DNA from: Arenicellales bacterium
Lineage (GTDB): Bacteria > Pseudomonadota > Gammaproteobacteria > Arenicellales > JAJDZL01
DNA length: 64,000 nt
Assembly (NCBI GenBank): GCA_965232345.1
Contig: OZ246969.1
Location: forward strand, 523,987 to 587,986
Direction of reading: 5' to 3'
A program made the translations under genes and the position numbers. The notes under the pieces were generated by a model. The model made no database searches. It saw only the letters and a list, made by a program, of their open reading frames with translations, and was not told the DNA's origin. Numbering within the stretch: the stretch's first letter is position 1; every line of letters starts with the position of its first letter. Of this stretch, positions 10,249 to 20,006 are shown in pieces.

Positions 10249-11023
10249 ATGCCGCCAGCAGCACTCGATAGAGCACAAACGGCAACATGCCTATTCTTTC
10301 GATGAACGCCAGAAAGTAGTGGATGCAAAGATATGCCACCGCTGCAGACACCAGCATGGCGGTTCCAAACTGCAGCCAGTCGACTTCTATATCCGAAAGC
10401 ATCAGCTGCAGGAATTGATAGCCACCGGCCATGACGATGGCCGGAATTGCCAGCAGAAAGGCAAAGCGCGCTGACTCCTTGCGATTCAATCCCATCATCA
10501 GCGCAACGGTCATTGTGATGCCCGACCGGGAGGTTCCGGGAATGATTGCCACGGCCTGGCCCAGGCCAATCAGCAGCGCATCGGTCAGGCGCAGATCGTC
10601 CAGTGTTCTTCGACCGCGGCGGAATCGATCCGCATACCAGAGCAGCAATCCAAATAGCAATGTTGCAAGTCCAATCACAGTCACGCTGCGCAGCTCATCT
10701 TGCACAAGATCGTAAGCAAATGCACCGGCTACGGCAACGGGTATGCTGGCAACAATGATGAACCAGCCCAATCTGGATTCAGCCGTGTTGCCGCGACCGA
10801 CAATGGAGCCGCACCAAGAGATCGCAATCGAAAAAATCTGTGTGCGGAAATACGCGACGGACGCAACAAGCGTTCCGACGTGCACTGCAATATCAAATGC
10901 CAGACCCTGATCGCGCCAGCCGAACAACGTCGGAAGAAGAATGAGGTGGGCGGAACTGGAGATTGGCAGAAACTCCGTCGCACCCTGTATCAGCGCCAGA
11001 AATACTGATTGAATGAGTTCCAT
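10229..11023 (-). CDS. uppP: undecaprenyl-diphosphate phosphatase
   Basis: 264-aa membrane ORF with [14 protein letters not shown] and PGTSRSG motifs of BacA/UppP. Its 3' end overlaps the convergent cca by 20 nt. Confidence 0.9.
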   Translation of the reverse strand: MELIQSVFLALIQGATEFLPISSSAHLILLPTLFGWRDQGLAFDIAVHVGTLVASVAYFRTQIFSIAISWCGSIVGRGNTAESRLGWFIIVASIPVAVAGAFAYDLVQDELRSVTVIGLATLLFGLLLWYADRFRRGRRTLDDLRLTDALLIGLGQAVAIIPGTSRSGITMTVALMMGLNRKESARFAFLLAIPAIVMAGGYQFLQLMLSDIEVDWLQFGTAMLVSAAVAYLCIHYFLAFIERIGMLPFVLYRVLLAAFILTIL

Positions 11024-11050
11024 GGTGTCTCTTTGGAGCGTGTTCCGATA

Positions 11051-12268
11051 TCAAAGCCGATGCAGCTGATCAAGAGATTCAAATCCCAGCCGGTCAGATT
11101 CAATGTTCTTAGTTAGCTCCATCATTTTGAACAGTTCCCCCATCTCCGCGGGAGATGTCAATGTGTTGAGCTGCTGCGCGACTGAGAGGCGCTCCGTCCC
11201 TTGGCAGTCATTGAAATCCAATCGACCGATGCCAATATCCACAATAAAGCCAGCCAGCGTTGTGAATCCGTTAACCTCCAAACCGGATGATTGAGCAACT
11301 TGGGCAAGCGCGGAAAAATTAAGGTGTGCGGTGATGTCCTGGCAGCCGATGTACGCAAAAGGATCATGCAGACTATGGTGCCTGCGATGGCACATCAGCG
11401 TTCCTTCGCGCCGGTCAGGGTGGTAGTACTCATGCTGCGGAAATCCGTAATCAGCAATCAGGACTGCCCCGGCCTTCAAGCACTCCGCGATTTGTCTCAT
11501 CCATGCTTCTGCTCGGCAATGCAGCTCTGAGGTATACCCGTTTTCGAGCTCAGGCAAATCCAGCCGATCGATAGTTGATTCAATTTCCTTGTCAAGAGTA
11601 TCTCGGAATTCAATTTGAAATCCGTTGCCCGACTCAACGATATAACCCTGCAGAACTTCGCCGTTTTCACATCTCATCAATTCAACTGGCATCGCATCAA
11701 GCACCTCATTGGCAATCACTACCCCCTGCATGCTTTCGGCTTGAAACGCATCCAGCCAGACGACTTTCGAGAGTTGCTCAGGTGCAAGTTGACTGACACT
11801 CTGCTGCTGAATTTGTTTGAGCCTCGGGCTGACTTCGATGATGACATACTCTTCGACTCTGCAGTCCAGCAGGCTGAGTTCCGAGAGGATCTGAAACGCG
11901 AGGCTGCCATTGCCAGCGCCGAATTCATAAATTCGCGGGGCCGCTCGATTCGATTCAAACAGACTTGCGATTTTTACCGCCAGAATTCTGCCGAACACCG
12001 CGCCTAGTTCCGGTGCAGTTGTAAAATCTCCCTCTCTTCCCAGCACCTGGTTCGCCGATGTGTAGTAACCATATTTTGGGTGGTACAAAGCAAGACCCAT
12101 GAACTCTGCGAATGAAATGGCCTTGTTTTCGGATTGTTCAATCGCGCGGCGAATTGCGCCTACTAGACGACGATTGCGTTCAAGCTCATCGCCGCTCATG
12201 GAAAGTGCGTCAGTGATCGGGTTGACAGAATTGAATGACATTGCGCAGTCAGTATCATTTTGAATCAA
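11051..12268 (-). CDS. SAM-dependent methyltransferase, MidA/NDUFAF7-like (DUF185)
   Basis: 405-aa ORF with GDFTTAPELGAVFG and EFGAGNGSLA motifs typical of the MidA family. The exact start is uncertain (several in-frame Met near the N-terminus). Confidence 0.7.
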   Translation of the reverse strand: MIQNDTDCAMSFNSVNPITDALSMSGDELERNRRLVGAIRRAIEQSENKAISFAEFMGLALYHPKYGYYTSANQVLGREGDFTTAPELGAVFGRILAVKIASLFESNRAAPRIYEFGAGNGSLAFQILSELSLLDCRVEEYVIIEVSPRLKQIQQQSVSQLAPEQLSKVVWLDAFQAESMQGVVIANEVLDAMPVELMRCENGEVLQGYIVESGNGFQIEFRDTLDKEIESTIDRLDLPELENGYTSELHCRAEAWMRQIAECLKAGAVLIADYGFPQHEYYHPDRREGTLMCHRRHHSLHDPFAYIGCQDITAHLNFSALAQVAQSSGLEVNGFTTLAGFIVDIGIGRLDFNDCQGTERLSVAQQLNTLTSPAEMGELFKMMELTKNIESDRLGFESLDQLHRL

Positions 12269-12313
12269 TTATAAAAGCCGTCTATGTGGCGTCATTCCAC
12301 TGCGTAATCGACA

Positions 12314-13063
12314 TTGCGGGAGTCGAAATTGAGTCAAAACAACAAAGTTGCGCTGGTAACGGGAGGCAGTCAGCGAATCGGCGCTGCAATCGTCAGGGAA
12401 TTCCACTCGCAAGGCTTGTCCGTTGCCATTCATTACAGGCGGTCAGAACAACTGGCTCTGGAGCTGGCTGAGGATTTGAATCGCACGCGACCGAAGTCCG
12501 CAGTTGCATTTCAGGCAAATTTCAAAGAACTTGAAGAAGTAACTCGGCTGGGTCATCAGGTTGTTGATGCATTTGACCGGCTGGACGTGCTGATCAACAA
12601 TGCATCAGAGTTTTTTCCAACTTCGATTCTTGAGGCATCGGCGGAGCAGTTCGGTTCATTATTCGCAGTTCATGTCAAAGCCCCTTACTTCCTCGCGCAG
12701 TCGGTATTGCCTCAGCTGCGAGAATCAAAGGGATGCATCGTAAACATTACCGACATTTACGCCATGCGTCCACTCTCAAATTACTCCCTTTACTGCGCAA
12801 GCAAAGCAGCTCTCGAATCGTTGACGAAATCACTGGCAGTTGAACTCGCACCAGAAATTCGGGTCAATGCAGTTGCACCCGGCGCGATTCTATGGGCTGA
12901 AGGCGAACCTGCATCTTTGGAAGTCATCAGCAAGACACCGCTTGGACGGCTTGGAACCACCGAAGAGCTGGTGGCGGCCGTCAGATACCTGGCTTTGGAA
13001 GCGACTTTTACAACCGGACAGATTTTGACTGTCGATGGCGGCCGCTCTGTCACATCACCCTGA
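12314..13063 (+). CDS. pteridine reductase / SDR family oxidoreductase (FolM-like)
   Basis: 249-aa ORF with a TTG start in the track. ALVTGGSQRIGAAI is the cofactor motif and YCASKAALESL gives YxxxK. It is convergent with and abuts folB. Confidence 0.7.
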   Translation: MRESKLSQNNKVALVTGGSQRIGAAIVREFHSQGLSVAIHYRRSEQLALELAEDLNRTRPKSAVAFQANFKELEEVTRLGHQVVDAFDRLDVLINNASEFFPTSILEASAEQFGSLFAVHVKAPYFLAQSVLPQLRESKGCIVNITDIYAMRPLSNYSLYCASKAALESLTKSLAVELAPEIRVNAVAPGAILWAEGEPASLEVISKTPLGRLGTTEELVAAVRYLALEATFTTGQILTVDGGRSVTSP

Positions 13064-13066
13064 TCT

Positions 13067-13435
13067 TTATATGGGCGCGCTCGGCTCGGTGCGACGTTCG
13101 ACGATGACCCCTACATTGGCAGCCTTTTCAACGGCTTGCGGTTTGCTCACCTTGACGCGGCACCAAGTTATTGGAAACTCTTCCAGCAAAAGTGCGGCGA
13201 TCTTGTGCGCGACAGTCTCAAGTAATTTGAAATTGGATTCAGCCACATAATCATATACTTTCGAAGCCGCATCCTTGTAGTTGATGGCATGTTCAATCGA
13301 ATCGCTTTGAGCCGCCTGCTGAAAATCACACTCCATTTCGATGTCAACAATAAGATTCTGCTTGATGCGGTGCTCCCACTCCCACGCGCCGATGGTTGCG
13401 GGAATCCTCAACTTCTCAATAAAGACAATATCCAA
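13067..13435 (-). CDS. folB: dihydroneopterin aldolase
   Basis: 122-aa ORF. The N-terminus MDIVFIEKLRIPATIGAWEWE and the overall length are typical of FolB. Confidence 0.85.
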   Translation of the reverse strand: MDIVFIEKLRIPATIGAWEWEHRIKQNLIVDIEMECDFQQAAQSDSIEHAINYKDAASKVYDYVAESNFKLLETVAHKIAALLLEEFPITWCRVKVSKPQAVEKAANVGVIVERRTEPSAPI

Positions 13436-13614
13436 TTTACGCCCCCTTCACCCTCAGAATCACTGCCGAAAAATCTGTTTATATTCGAATAACTCATTCG
13501 ATTGCAGACTGAATTCCCATGAATCACTCGCTCAGGGATTTTGTCGAAACCTGTAGTGTCCACTAAAATGTTTCCCTTGGCATAACATTTACTATCTGAA
13601 TCGCAAACAGTGCC

Positions 13615-14208
13615 GTGACCATTCTGCTATTTGCAATTTCTGCCTACCTGCTGGGTTCAGTCTCCAGCGCCATTGTAGTCTCGAAGCTGTTTCAGCTTCC
13701 TGATCCAAGAGTTGAAGGTTCCGGCAATCCTGGAGCCACCAACGTCCTGCGCCTCAGCGGAAAGCTTCCCGCCGCGCTCACTTTGCTCGGAGATGTGGCG
13801 AAAGGAACAGTGCCTGTCCTTATTGCCTGGATGGTTACCAATGATCCAGTGGTTATGAGCACAGCCGCGCTATTGGCCTTTCTTGGGCATTTGTATCCGA
13901 TATTCTTCAAGTTTCAGGGCGGCAAAGGCGTCGCCACTGCGCTAGGGGCCTATCTTGGATTGGGCTTGCCGGTATTTTTCGGTGTCGCAAGCTTATGGCT
14001 GGTTGTTGCATTGATTTCGCGCTACGCTTCGCTGTCCTCGCTTCTGGCCATGCTTTCAGCGCCTGCGTTCGCTTGGTATTTCTATCAGAATGTCTGGGTG
14101 ACAGCCGCTTGCGGAGTGATTTTCCTGTTTGTCGCAATTCGGCATCGAACCAATATCCAGCGGCTGCTCGCAGGTCAGGAGAGCAAAATCCGGTTCAACA
14201 CAAAGTGA
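13615..14208 (+). CDS. plsY: glycerol-3-phosphate acyltransferase (acyl-phosphate dependent)
   Basis: 197-aa membrane ORF with YLLGSVSSAI and GSGNPGATNVLR motifs. Confidence 0.9.
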   Translation: MTILLFAISAYLLGSVSSAIVVSKLFQLPDPRVEGSGNPGATNVLRLSGKLPAALTLLGDVAKGTVPVLIAWMVTNDPVVMSTAALLAFLGHLYPIFFKFQGGKGVATALGAYLGLGLPVFFGVASLWLVVALISRYASLSSLLAMLSAPAFAWYFYQNVWVTAACGVIFLFVAIRHRTNIQRLLAGQESKIRFNTK

Positions 14209-14302
14209 ACCGGCTGTAACGGCTCATACCGCAGTTCAGGCTTGCTTCGCCGGGCGAAAATCTCACACTGCTCGTCAGAATCTGAAATTTGCCTGCCGCG
14301 AC

Positions 14303-15316
14303 CTAAAGCGGTGGAAGGCTTTCAAGTGACCAGCGCGGATAGACCGCATAGTTCAACTCTTCCCTGTATCCAGCCATCAGCCGAAGATAGCCGGCATAAG
14401 CAATCATAGCGCCGTTGTCGGTGCAAAGCTCTAACGATGGAAAGTACGATCGCACCTGCAGCTGCTCTTCCAGATCAGCAATTCGCTGACGCAGCAGCTT
14501 GTTCGCGCCAACACCGCCGGCGACAATCAGCGCTGAGTATCCTGTCTGCTTGAATGCCCGCTTGATTTTGACAATCAGTGCACCGATCGCGGCATCCTGA
14601 AACGCGTGCGCAAAATCACTGCGAAGCTGATCATCCAGACTTTGCTTGCTGACCTCCTGAAGCCCGAATGTCTTGAGCCCGGAAAAACTGAAATCCAGAT
14701 TTGCATGACCTGCCATCGGTCTTGGAAATCTGAAGCGGCCGGGCTGACCTCGCAACGCACACTTTTCGATGCTCGGCCCGCCTGGATAGGGAAGCCCCAA
14801 CACAGAAGCGAACTTGTCGAACGCTTCCCCAACCGCATCGTCGCGGGTCTCACCCAATAGCTTGTATCTGCCCAGCGACTGAACATCGACAAGCATCGTG
14901 TGACCGCCTGAGACAAGCAGCGAGAGAAATGGAAACTCAGGCGCCTCATGCTCCAGCATCGGCGACAGCAGGTGTCCTTCCATGTGATGCACACCGATCG
15001 CGGGGATATTGAGCGACATCGCCAGCGAACGGCCGACAGTGGCGCCAACCAGAAGCGCGCCAACCAGACCCGGGCCTGCAGTGTAGGCGATCGCGTCGAT
15101 TTCACTCCGGTCAATTTCTGTCTCTTCCAGAACTGAACGGATCAGCGGCAGGACCTTGCGGATGTGATCGCGGGCGGCGAGCTCCGGCACCACGCCGCCA
15201 TAGATCTTGTGGATGTCAATCTGCGACGAGAAACGGTTGATCAGCAAGCCGCAGTCAGAGTCATAGATTGCAACGCCGGTGTCGTCACAGGAGGTCTCGA
15301 TGCCCAGAACCTTCAT
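14303..15316 (-). CDS. tsaD: tRNA N6-adenosine threonylcarbamoyltransferase
   Basis: 337-aa ORF with LGIETSCDDT, HHMEGH and GGVGAN motifs of TsaD/Kae1. Confidence 0.92.
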   Translation of the reverse strand: MKVLGIETSCDDTGVAIYDSDCGLLINRFSSQIDIHKIYGGVVPELAARDHIRKVLPLIRSVLEETEIDRSEIDAIAYTAGPGLVGALLVGATVGRSLAMSLNIPAIGVHHMEGHLLSPMLEHEAPEFPFLSLLVSGGHTMLVDVQSLGRYKLLGETRDDAVGEAFDKFASVLGLPYPGGPSIEKCALRGQPGRFRFPRPMAGHANLDFSFSGLKTFGLQEVSKQSLDDQLRSDFAHAFQDAAIGALIVKIKRAFKQTGYSALIVAGGVGANKLLRQRIADLEEQLQVRSYFPSLELCTDNGAMIAYAGYLRLMAGYREELNYAVYPRWSLESLPPL

Positions 15317-15359
15317 CGCTGCTCAACACCCGCTTGCAATGACCAATCGCACGAACGGT

Positions 15360-16190
15360 CTAGTTTTGCTGATTGGCTGACTCGGTGGATTGCCGCTTCT
15401 GCTCCATCAGCGCCCGCTCAATCCGCTCAAGTGACTTTTTCGATTCGCCCAGTGTGTGCAGAATTTCCGCATCGAGATTCTCATCCCGAACCAGCTCCAT
15501 CTCATGCTGAGCCTTGTGCAGGTTGTTGATGACGACTGCGATGAAAAGGTTGATGACAATGAACGCGGCAATGATGACAAAGCTGATGAAAAACATCCAG
15601 GCGAATGGATTGAGTTCCATGGCGCTGTACATGACATCAGTCCAGTCTTCCAGCGTCAGGACCCGGAACAGTGTGATCAGGGACGTTCCCAGCGAACCCC
15701 AGTGGAAAGGGTCGTGCGCGTGGAACATGTGATAGCCGGCGATCGCATAGATGTAGAAGACGATCGAGATCAGCAATATCACATTGCCAAGCCCCGGCAA
15801 AGACTTGATCAGCGTCGAGACAATCAGGCGCAGCTCCGGAACAGCAGTGATCAGGCGCAGAATGCGCAGCAGTCGGATCGTCCGCGCAATCAGCGCGTAC
15901 TCGCCGGTCTGAGGAATCAGTGAGAACACCACCACGCAGAAATCGAAAAGATTCCAGCCGTCTCCGAAATAGCGGCTGAATACCGGCGCGGCGGCAGTGA
16001 TTTTCAGCGCCGCCTCAAGCGCGAAAATGATCAGGATCAGGCGGTTGATTGAAAGCAGCAGGCTTTCGTAAGGGACCGCGATGACCGGATAAGTTTCGAT
16101 GCCGAGAACAATGGCATTGAATAGGATGAGAGCGATGATGATGCGCTCGAACCACGGCCACTCGGTGATTTTTCTGCAAATCTGGATCAC
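15360..16190 (-). CDS. voltage-gated ion channel, BacNav (NaChBac-like) family
   Basis: 276-aa six-TM-type ORF. S4 has Arg at every third position (RTIRLLRILRLI). The pore motif is FRVLTLEDWTDVMY (filter nt 15636-15656). The C-terminal tail is charged and coiled-coil-like. The gene starts 6 nt after the trpE stop. Confidence 0.8.
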   Translation of the reverse strand: MIQICRKITEWPWFERIIIALILFNAIVLGIETYPVIAVPYESLLLSINRLILIIFALEAALKITAAAPVFSRYFGDGWNLFDFCVVVFSLIPQTGEYALIARTIRLLRILRLITAVPELRLIVSTLIKSLPGLGNVILLISIVFYIYAIAGYHMFHAHDPFHWGSLGTSLITLFRVLTLEDWTDVMYSAMELNPFAWMFFISFVIIAAFIVINLFIAVVINNLHKAQHEMELVRDENLDAEILHTLGESKKSLERIERALMEQKRQSTESANQQN

Positions 16191-16196
16191 TTGAAC

Positions 16197-17672
16197 TTAC
16201 TCTGGAAACTCAGCGATCGCGACCGCGCGCAGAATCGCCCGGGCCTTGGACATTGTCTCCCGCCATTCGGTATTGGGAACCGAATCCGCGACCAGTCCCG
16301 CACCGGCCTGGACATAGACCCGGTCACCAATGAGCACGGCAGTTCGAATCGCGATCGCAGTGTCCATGTTGCCATTCCAGCCGATATATCCAACCGCTCC
16401 GGAATAGATGCCTCTTTTGTGGGGTTCAAGCTCGTCGATGATCTCCATTGCGCGGACTTTGGGAGCGCCGCTCACCGTGCCGGCTGGCAGTGTCGCCCGC
16501 AGCACATCAATCGCGGCCTTCCCTTCCTGCAGTTCGCCGGATACATTTGAGACGATATGCATGACGTGAGAGTAGCGCTCGATTTCCATGACGTCGTTGA
16601 TCTTCACGGTCCCAAGTTTCGAGACGCGGCCGACATCATTTCTGCCAAGATCAACCAGCATGATGTGCTCTGCCCTTTCCTTTTCATCAGCCAGAAGTTC
16701 AGCTTCAAGGCTCTGATCTTCTGACTCCGTCTCACCGCGCCGCCGCGTTCCGGCCAGCGGCCGCACCGTAACCACACCATCTTCCGAGCGCACCAGCACT
16801 TCTGGGGATGCGCCGACGATGTGATAGCCGCCAAAGTCGAGAAAGTACATATAGGGTGACGGATTCAGCGTTCTCAAGGCCCGATAGAGATCAATCGGAT
16901 CGCCTTTGTAGTTCGCTGCCAGACGCTGCGAAAGCACAACTTGAAACACGTCGCCTGCCAGAATGTACTCCCGGCATGTTCGAACCGCATCCTCGAACGC
17001 CTCCTGTCCGAATGACGATTCGAACTCACTTTCGTTCGCTTCGTGATGGAGCGAGAGCGCCGGCCGCGATGGAATCGGCGATCTGAGCTGTTCGGACAGT
17101 TCATTCAGCCTTTGTATTCCTGTTTCGCGATCCTCACCCTGCGTTACGTCGATGTAAGTCACAAGGAACAGCCGGCCCGAAAGATTGTCAAACACGACAA
17201 TCTCATCGGAAACCATGAGGCAGATATCCGGCAGACCCGTGTCACTGGGTTTGCGGCCCGGAACAAGGGTGGGTTCTATGTACCGAATGGTGTCGTAGCC
17301 GAAGTATCCAACCAATCCGCCTGTGAACTTTGGCATGTCCTCAAAGGAAGGTATTCGAAATCGCTCGCGAAAAGATCTAATGTCCGCCAGCGGGTCATCA
17401 CTCTCCCAGGTTTCAGCGACAGCATCCAGCTTGAGAATCGATACAGTATTCTCGCGAACCTCCAGACGGGTGGAGTTGGGCAGGCCGATGATCGAGTATC
17501 GTCCCCATTTCTCACCGCCCTGCACCGACTCAAACAGATAGGTGTAGGGCTGGCGCGCCAGCTTGCAGTAGGTGCTGAGCGGCGTGTCAAAATCCGCCAG
17601 CACTTCGCGCTGAAACGGAATGTGGGTGAAACCCTCGTCTTTCAGTTTTTTGAATTGTTCTTCCGTGAGCAT
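16197..17672 (-). CDS. trpE: anthranilate synthase component I
   Basis: 491-aa ORF with the chorismate-binding C-terminal core (GTRRRG, LPAGTVSGAPKVRAMEII, RGIYSGAVGY). Confidence 0.92.
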   Translation of the reverse strand: MLTEEQFKKLKDEGFTHIPFQREVLADFDTPLSTYCKLARQPYTYLFESVQGGEKWGRYSIIGLPNSTRLEVRENTVSILKLDAVAETWESDDPLADIRSFRERFRIPSFEDMPKFTGGLVGYFGYDTIRYIEPTLVPGRKPSDTGLPDICLMVSDEIVVFDNLSGRLFLVTYIDVTQGEDRETGIQRLNELSEQLRSPIPSRPALSLHHEANESEFESSFGQEAFEDAVRTCREYILAGDVFQVVLSQRLAANYKGDPIDLYRALRTLNPSPYMYFLDFGGYHIVGASPEVLVRSEDGVVTVRPLAGTRRRGETESEDQSLEAELLADEKERAEHIMLVDLGRNDVGRVSKLGTVKINDVMEIERYSHVMHIVSNVSGELQEGKAAIDVLRATLPAGTVSGAPKVRAMEIIDELEPHKRGIYSGAVGYIGWNGNMDTAIAIRTAVLIGDRVYVQAGAGLVADSVPNTEWRETMSKARAILRAVAIAEFPE

Positions 17673-17795
17673 GGTTCACTGTCACCTCAAAGGGATCTTC
17701 TGGCAGAGGAAGCGAAGCAATCGGCTGACAGCCGCCAGCGACTTGCAGATTTTACAATCTCCAGCAGCTGTCCAAGTCGCAGACGAACCTGTCAG

Positions 17796-18464
17796 TCACT
17801 CAGCGCCGGTGATCGCGCTGCGCATGTCGGCAATGGTCGCGGCATAGTCTTCTGAGCCGAATATGGCGGAGCCGGCGACAAATGTGTCCGCTCCTGCTTC
17901 TGCAATCATTGCGATGTTGTCGACAGTCACACCCCCATCGACTTCAAGCCTGATTGCTCTCGGCTGCGAATCAATCAGACGGCGCACCGCTTGAATCTTG
18001 TCAAGAACATACGGAATGAACTTCTGTCCGCCAAAGCCTGGATTCACAGTCATCAGCAGCACCATGTCGATTTCATCCAGCACATAGTCCAGACAGGAAA
18101 GCGGTGTGGAAGGATTCAATGCGAGTCCGGGCGAGCAGCCATTGTCCCGAATCAGGTTGATCGTTCGATCTATATGATCAGAGGCTTCCGGATGAAAGGT
18201 GATGGTGTCGACCCCCGCCTTAATCATGTCCTCAATGGCCCGATCGACGGGCTTCACCATCAAGTGCGCATCAAGCGGCGCCTCGATTCCATAGTTCCGC
18301 AATGATTCGCATACCACCGGTCCGAATGTCAAATTCGGAACGAAATGATTGTCCATGACATCAAAATGAATCCAGTCGGCTCCAGCCGACAGCACCGATT
18401 CCACTTCCTCACCCAGTCGAGCGAAGTCCGCGGCAAGTATCGAAGGTGCGATGACAGCATTCAT
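17796..18464 (-). CDS. rpe: ribulose-phosphate 3-epimerase
   Basis: 222-aa ORF with [21 protein letters not shown] and [10 protein letters not shown] motifs. Confidence 0.92.
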   Translation of the reverse strand: MNAVIAPSILAADFARLGEEVESVLSAGADWIHFDVMDNHFVPNLTFGPVVCESLRNYGIEAPLDAHLMVKPVDRAIEDMIKAGVDTITFHPEASDHIDRTINLIRDNGCSPGLALNPSTPLSCLDYVLDEIDMVLLMTVNPGFGGQKFIPYVLDKIQAVRRLIDSQPRAIRLEVDGGVTVDNIAMIAEAGADTFVAGSAIFGSEDYAATIADMRSAITGAE

Positions 18465-18479
18465 GGTGATCGAAGATGC

Positions 18480-19886
18480 CTAATGCATCGCGATGAAATA
18501 GGTTTCGCTCTCGCGATTGATTTTGAGCAGAATCAGATCATCCGGGTCCTGAATGGCCTCGCTGAAATCGCTGACATCCGCGACCTCCTGCTGATTGACT
18601 TCTACAACGACATCCCCTTCCCTGATTCCGGAACGCCATGCGTGACTGCCGCTTTCAACGGCTGCCACAAGAATACCGGACTCCTGCCCTCGAAGATTTT
18701 CGAAAACGACGCCATCGAGGCGATTCGTCAGATCCTGTCCGAGCACTGTCTGGCGCACGATGTCGCTGATTCGTCCAGACCCGATCAGAATCTGTCCGTC
18801 CCGAATGTATTCGACATCAACCCGCTCCCCGACTCTGATCAGGGCGATCATGGTTCGCAAATGAGAGCCATCAGTGATTCTGGAACCGTTAACGGCAATC
18901 AGGATGTCTCCTCTCTGCAGACCAGCCTGTTCAGCCGCTGTGTTCGGAATTACCTGATCGATCAGCACACCTTCCAGATACTCGAATCCAAGCGTCTCGG
19001 TTATCTCCTGTGTCAATTCTCTGAAATGTATGCCCAGCACACCCCGCTTCACACGGCCGAACTCAACGATCTGATCGACAACGCTCGCGGCCGAATTGAT
19101 GGGAATTGCAAAGGCGATCCCGACATTTCCACCGCCGGGTGAGAGAATCGCTGTATTGATTCCAATGACCTCGCCGCGCAGATTCACCAGCGCGCCGCCG
19201 GAGCTGCCCGGGTTGATGGCGGCATCTGTCTGGATGTATTCCTCATATCGCTCAAGCCCGAGACCGCTGCGGCCCAAAGCGCTCACGATGCCCGATGTAA
19301 CGGTTGCTGACAGACCGTAGTTGTTGCCGAGCGCCAGAACGAAATCGCCGACTCGCAGCTCATCAGAATTGCCAAGCTCGATCTCAACCAAGTTTGGAAG
19401 ATCAACCTTGAGAAGGGCCAGATCCATATCCGGGTCTGTTCCCACAATTTCTGCAGTGGCTGAGCGCCCATCCAGCAAGGTGATCTGCACCTCTGCCGCG
19501 TCAGTCAGCAGGTGATTGTTGGTCAGTATGTGACCGCGCGCCGCATCGATGATCACACCGGACCCGAGATTCGAGCTTCGCCGCTGACGGCGGCGGTTGC
19601 CTCGATTGCGGAATTCAAAGAATGGCCGGAAAAAATCATCGTCCTGAAAGAATTCGCGCAGCTCATCGAGTGATTGGCTGCCCGCACGATTGCGGTTTCG
19701 CGTCGCAGTCGAGATGTTGACGATGGTATGCTCAATTTTCTCAACAACATCCGCAAGGGTTGGAAGTTTGTTTCCATCCACCGCATATGGCAGTGTTGAT
19801 GCAAAGCCATTGGCGGTAGAGAAAGCGAATGACACAAACAACACCCAGACGATGATCACAAATCTAAATTTCATACTTGTTGCCAC
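18480..19886 (-). CDS. Do/DegP/DegQ-family periplasmic serine endoprotease (HtrA)
   Basis: 468-aa ORF with an N-terminal signal-like segment and trypsin-like catalytic motifs (HILTNNHL, GSSGGALVN). Two PDZ-like C-terminal regions follow. Confidence 0.88.
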   Translation of the reverse strand: MATSMKFRFVIIVWVLFVSFAFSTANGFASTLPYAVDGNKLPTLADVVEKIEHTIVNISTATRNRNRAGSQSLDELREFFQDDDFFRPFFEFRNRGNRRRQRRSSNLGSGVIIDAARGHILTNNHLLTDAAEVQITLLDGRSATAEIVGTDPDMDLALLKVDLPNLVEIELGNSDELRVGDFVLALGNNYGLSATVTSGIVSALGRSGLGLERYEEYIQTDAAINPGSSGGALVNLRGEVIGINTAILSPGGGNVGIAFAIPINSAASVVDQIVEFGRVKRGVLGIHFRELTQEITETLGFEYLEGVLIDQVIPNTAAEQAGLQRGDILIAVNGSRITDGSHLRTMIALIRVGERVDVEYIRDGQILIGSGRISDIVRQTVLGQDLTNRLDGVVFENLRGQESGILVAAVESGSHAWRSGIREGDVVVEVNQQEVADVSDFSEAIQDPDDLILLKINRESETYFIAMH

Positions 19887-20006
19887 GATTATCAGGGCCT
19901 GAAAACTTCAATATGCGAAATATCTGCACTTAAGTGAAATGTGTTTTTTGAGACTGAGCAAAAAATTTTATGAACAGTCGATTAAATCACAAGTAATTGT
20001 TCTGAC

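Noticed and set aside
17673-17795. I looked for a trp attenuator (a leader peptide with tandem Trp codons plus alternative hairpins) or a TrpR-type operator upstream of trpE.
   Set aside because: There is no short ORF with Trp codons and no convincing terminator/antiterminator pair in the 123-nt rpe-trpE spacer. I saw only a plausible RBS (GAGGTG).
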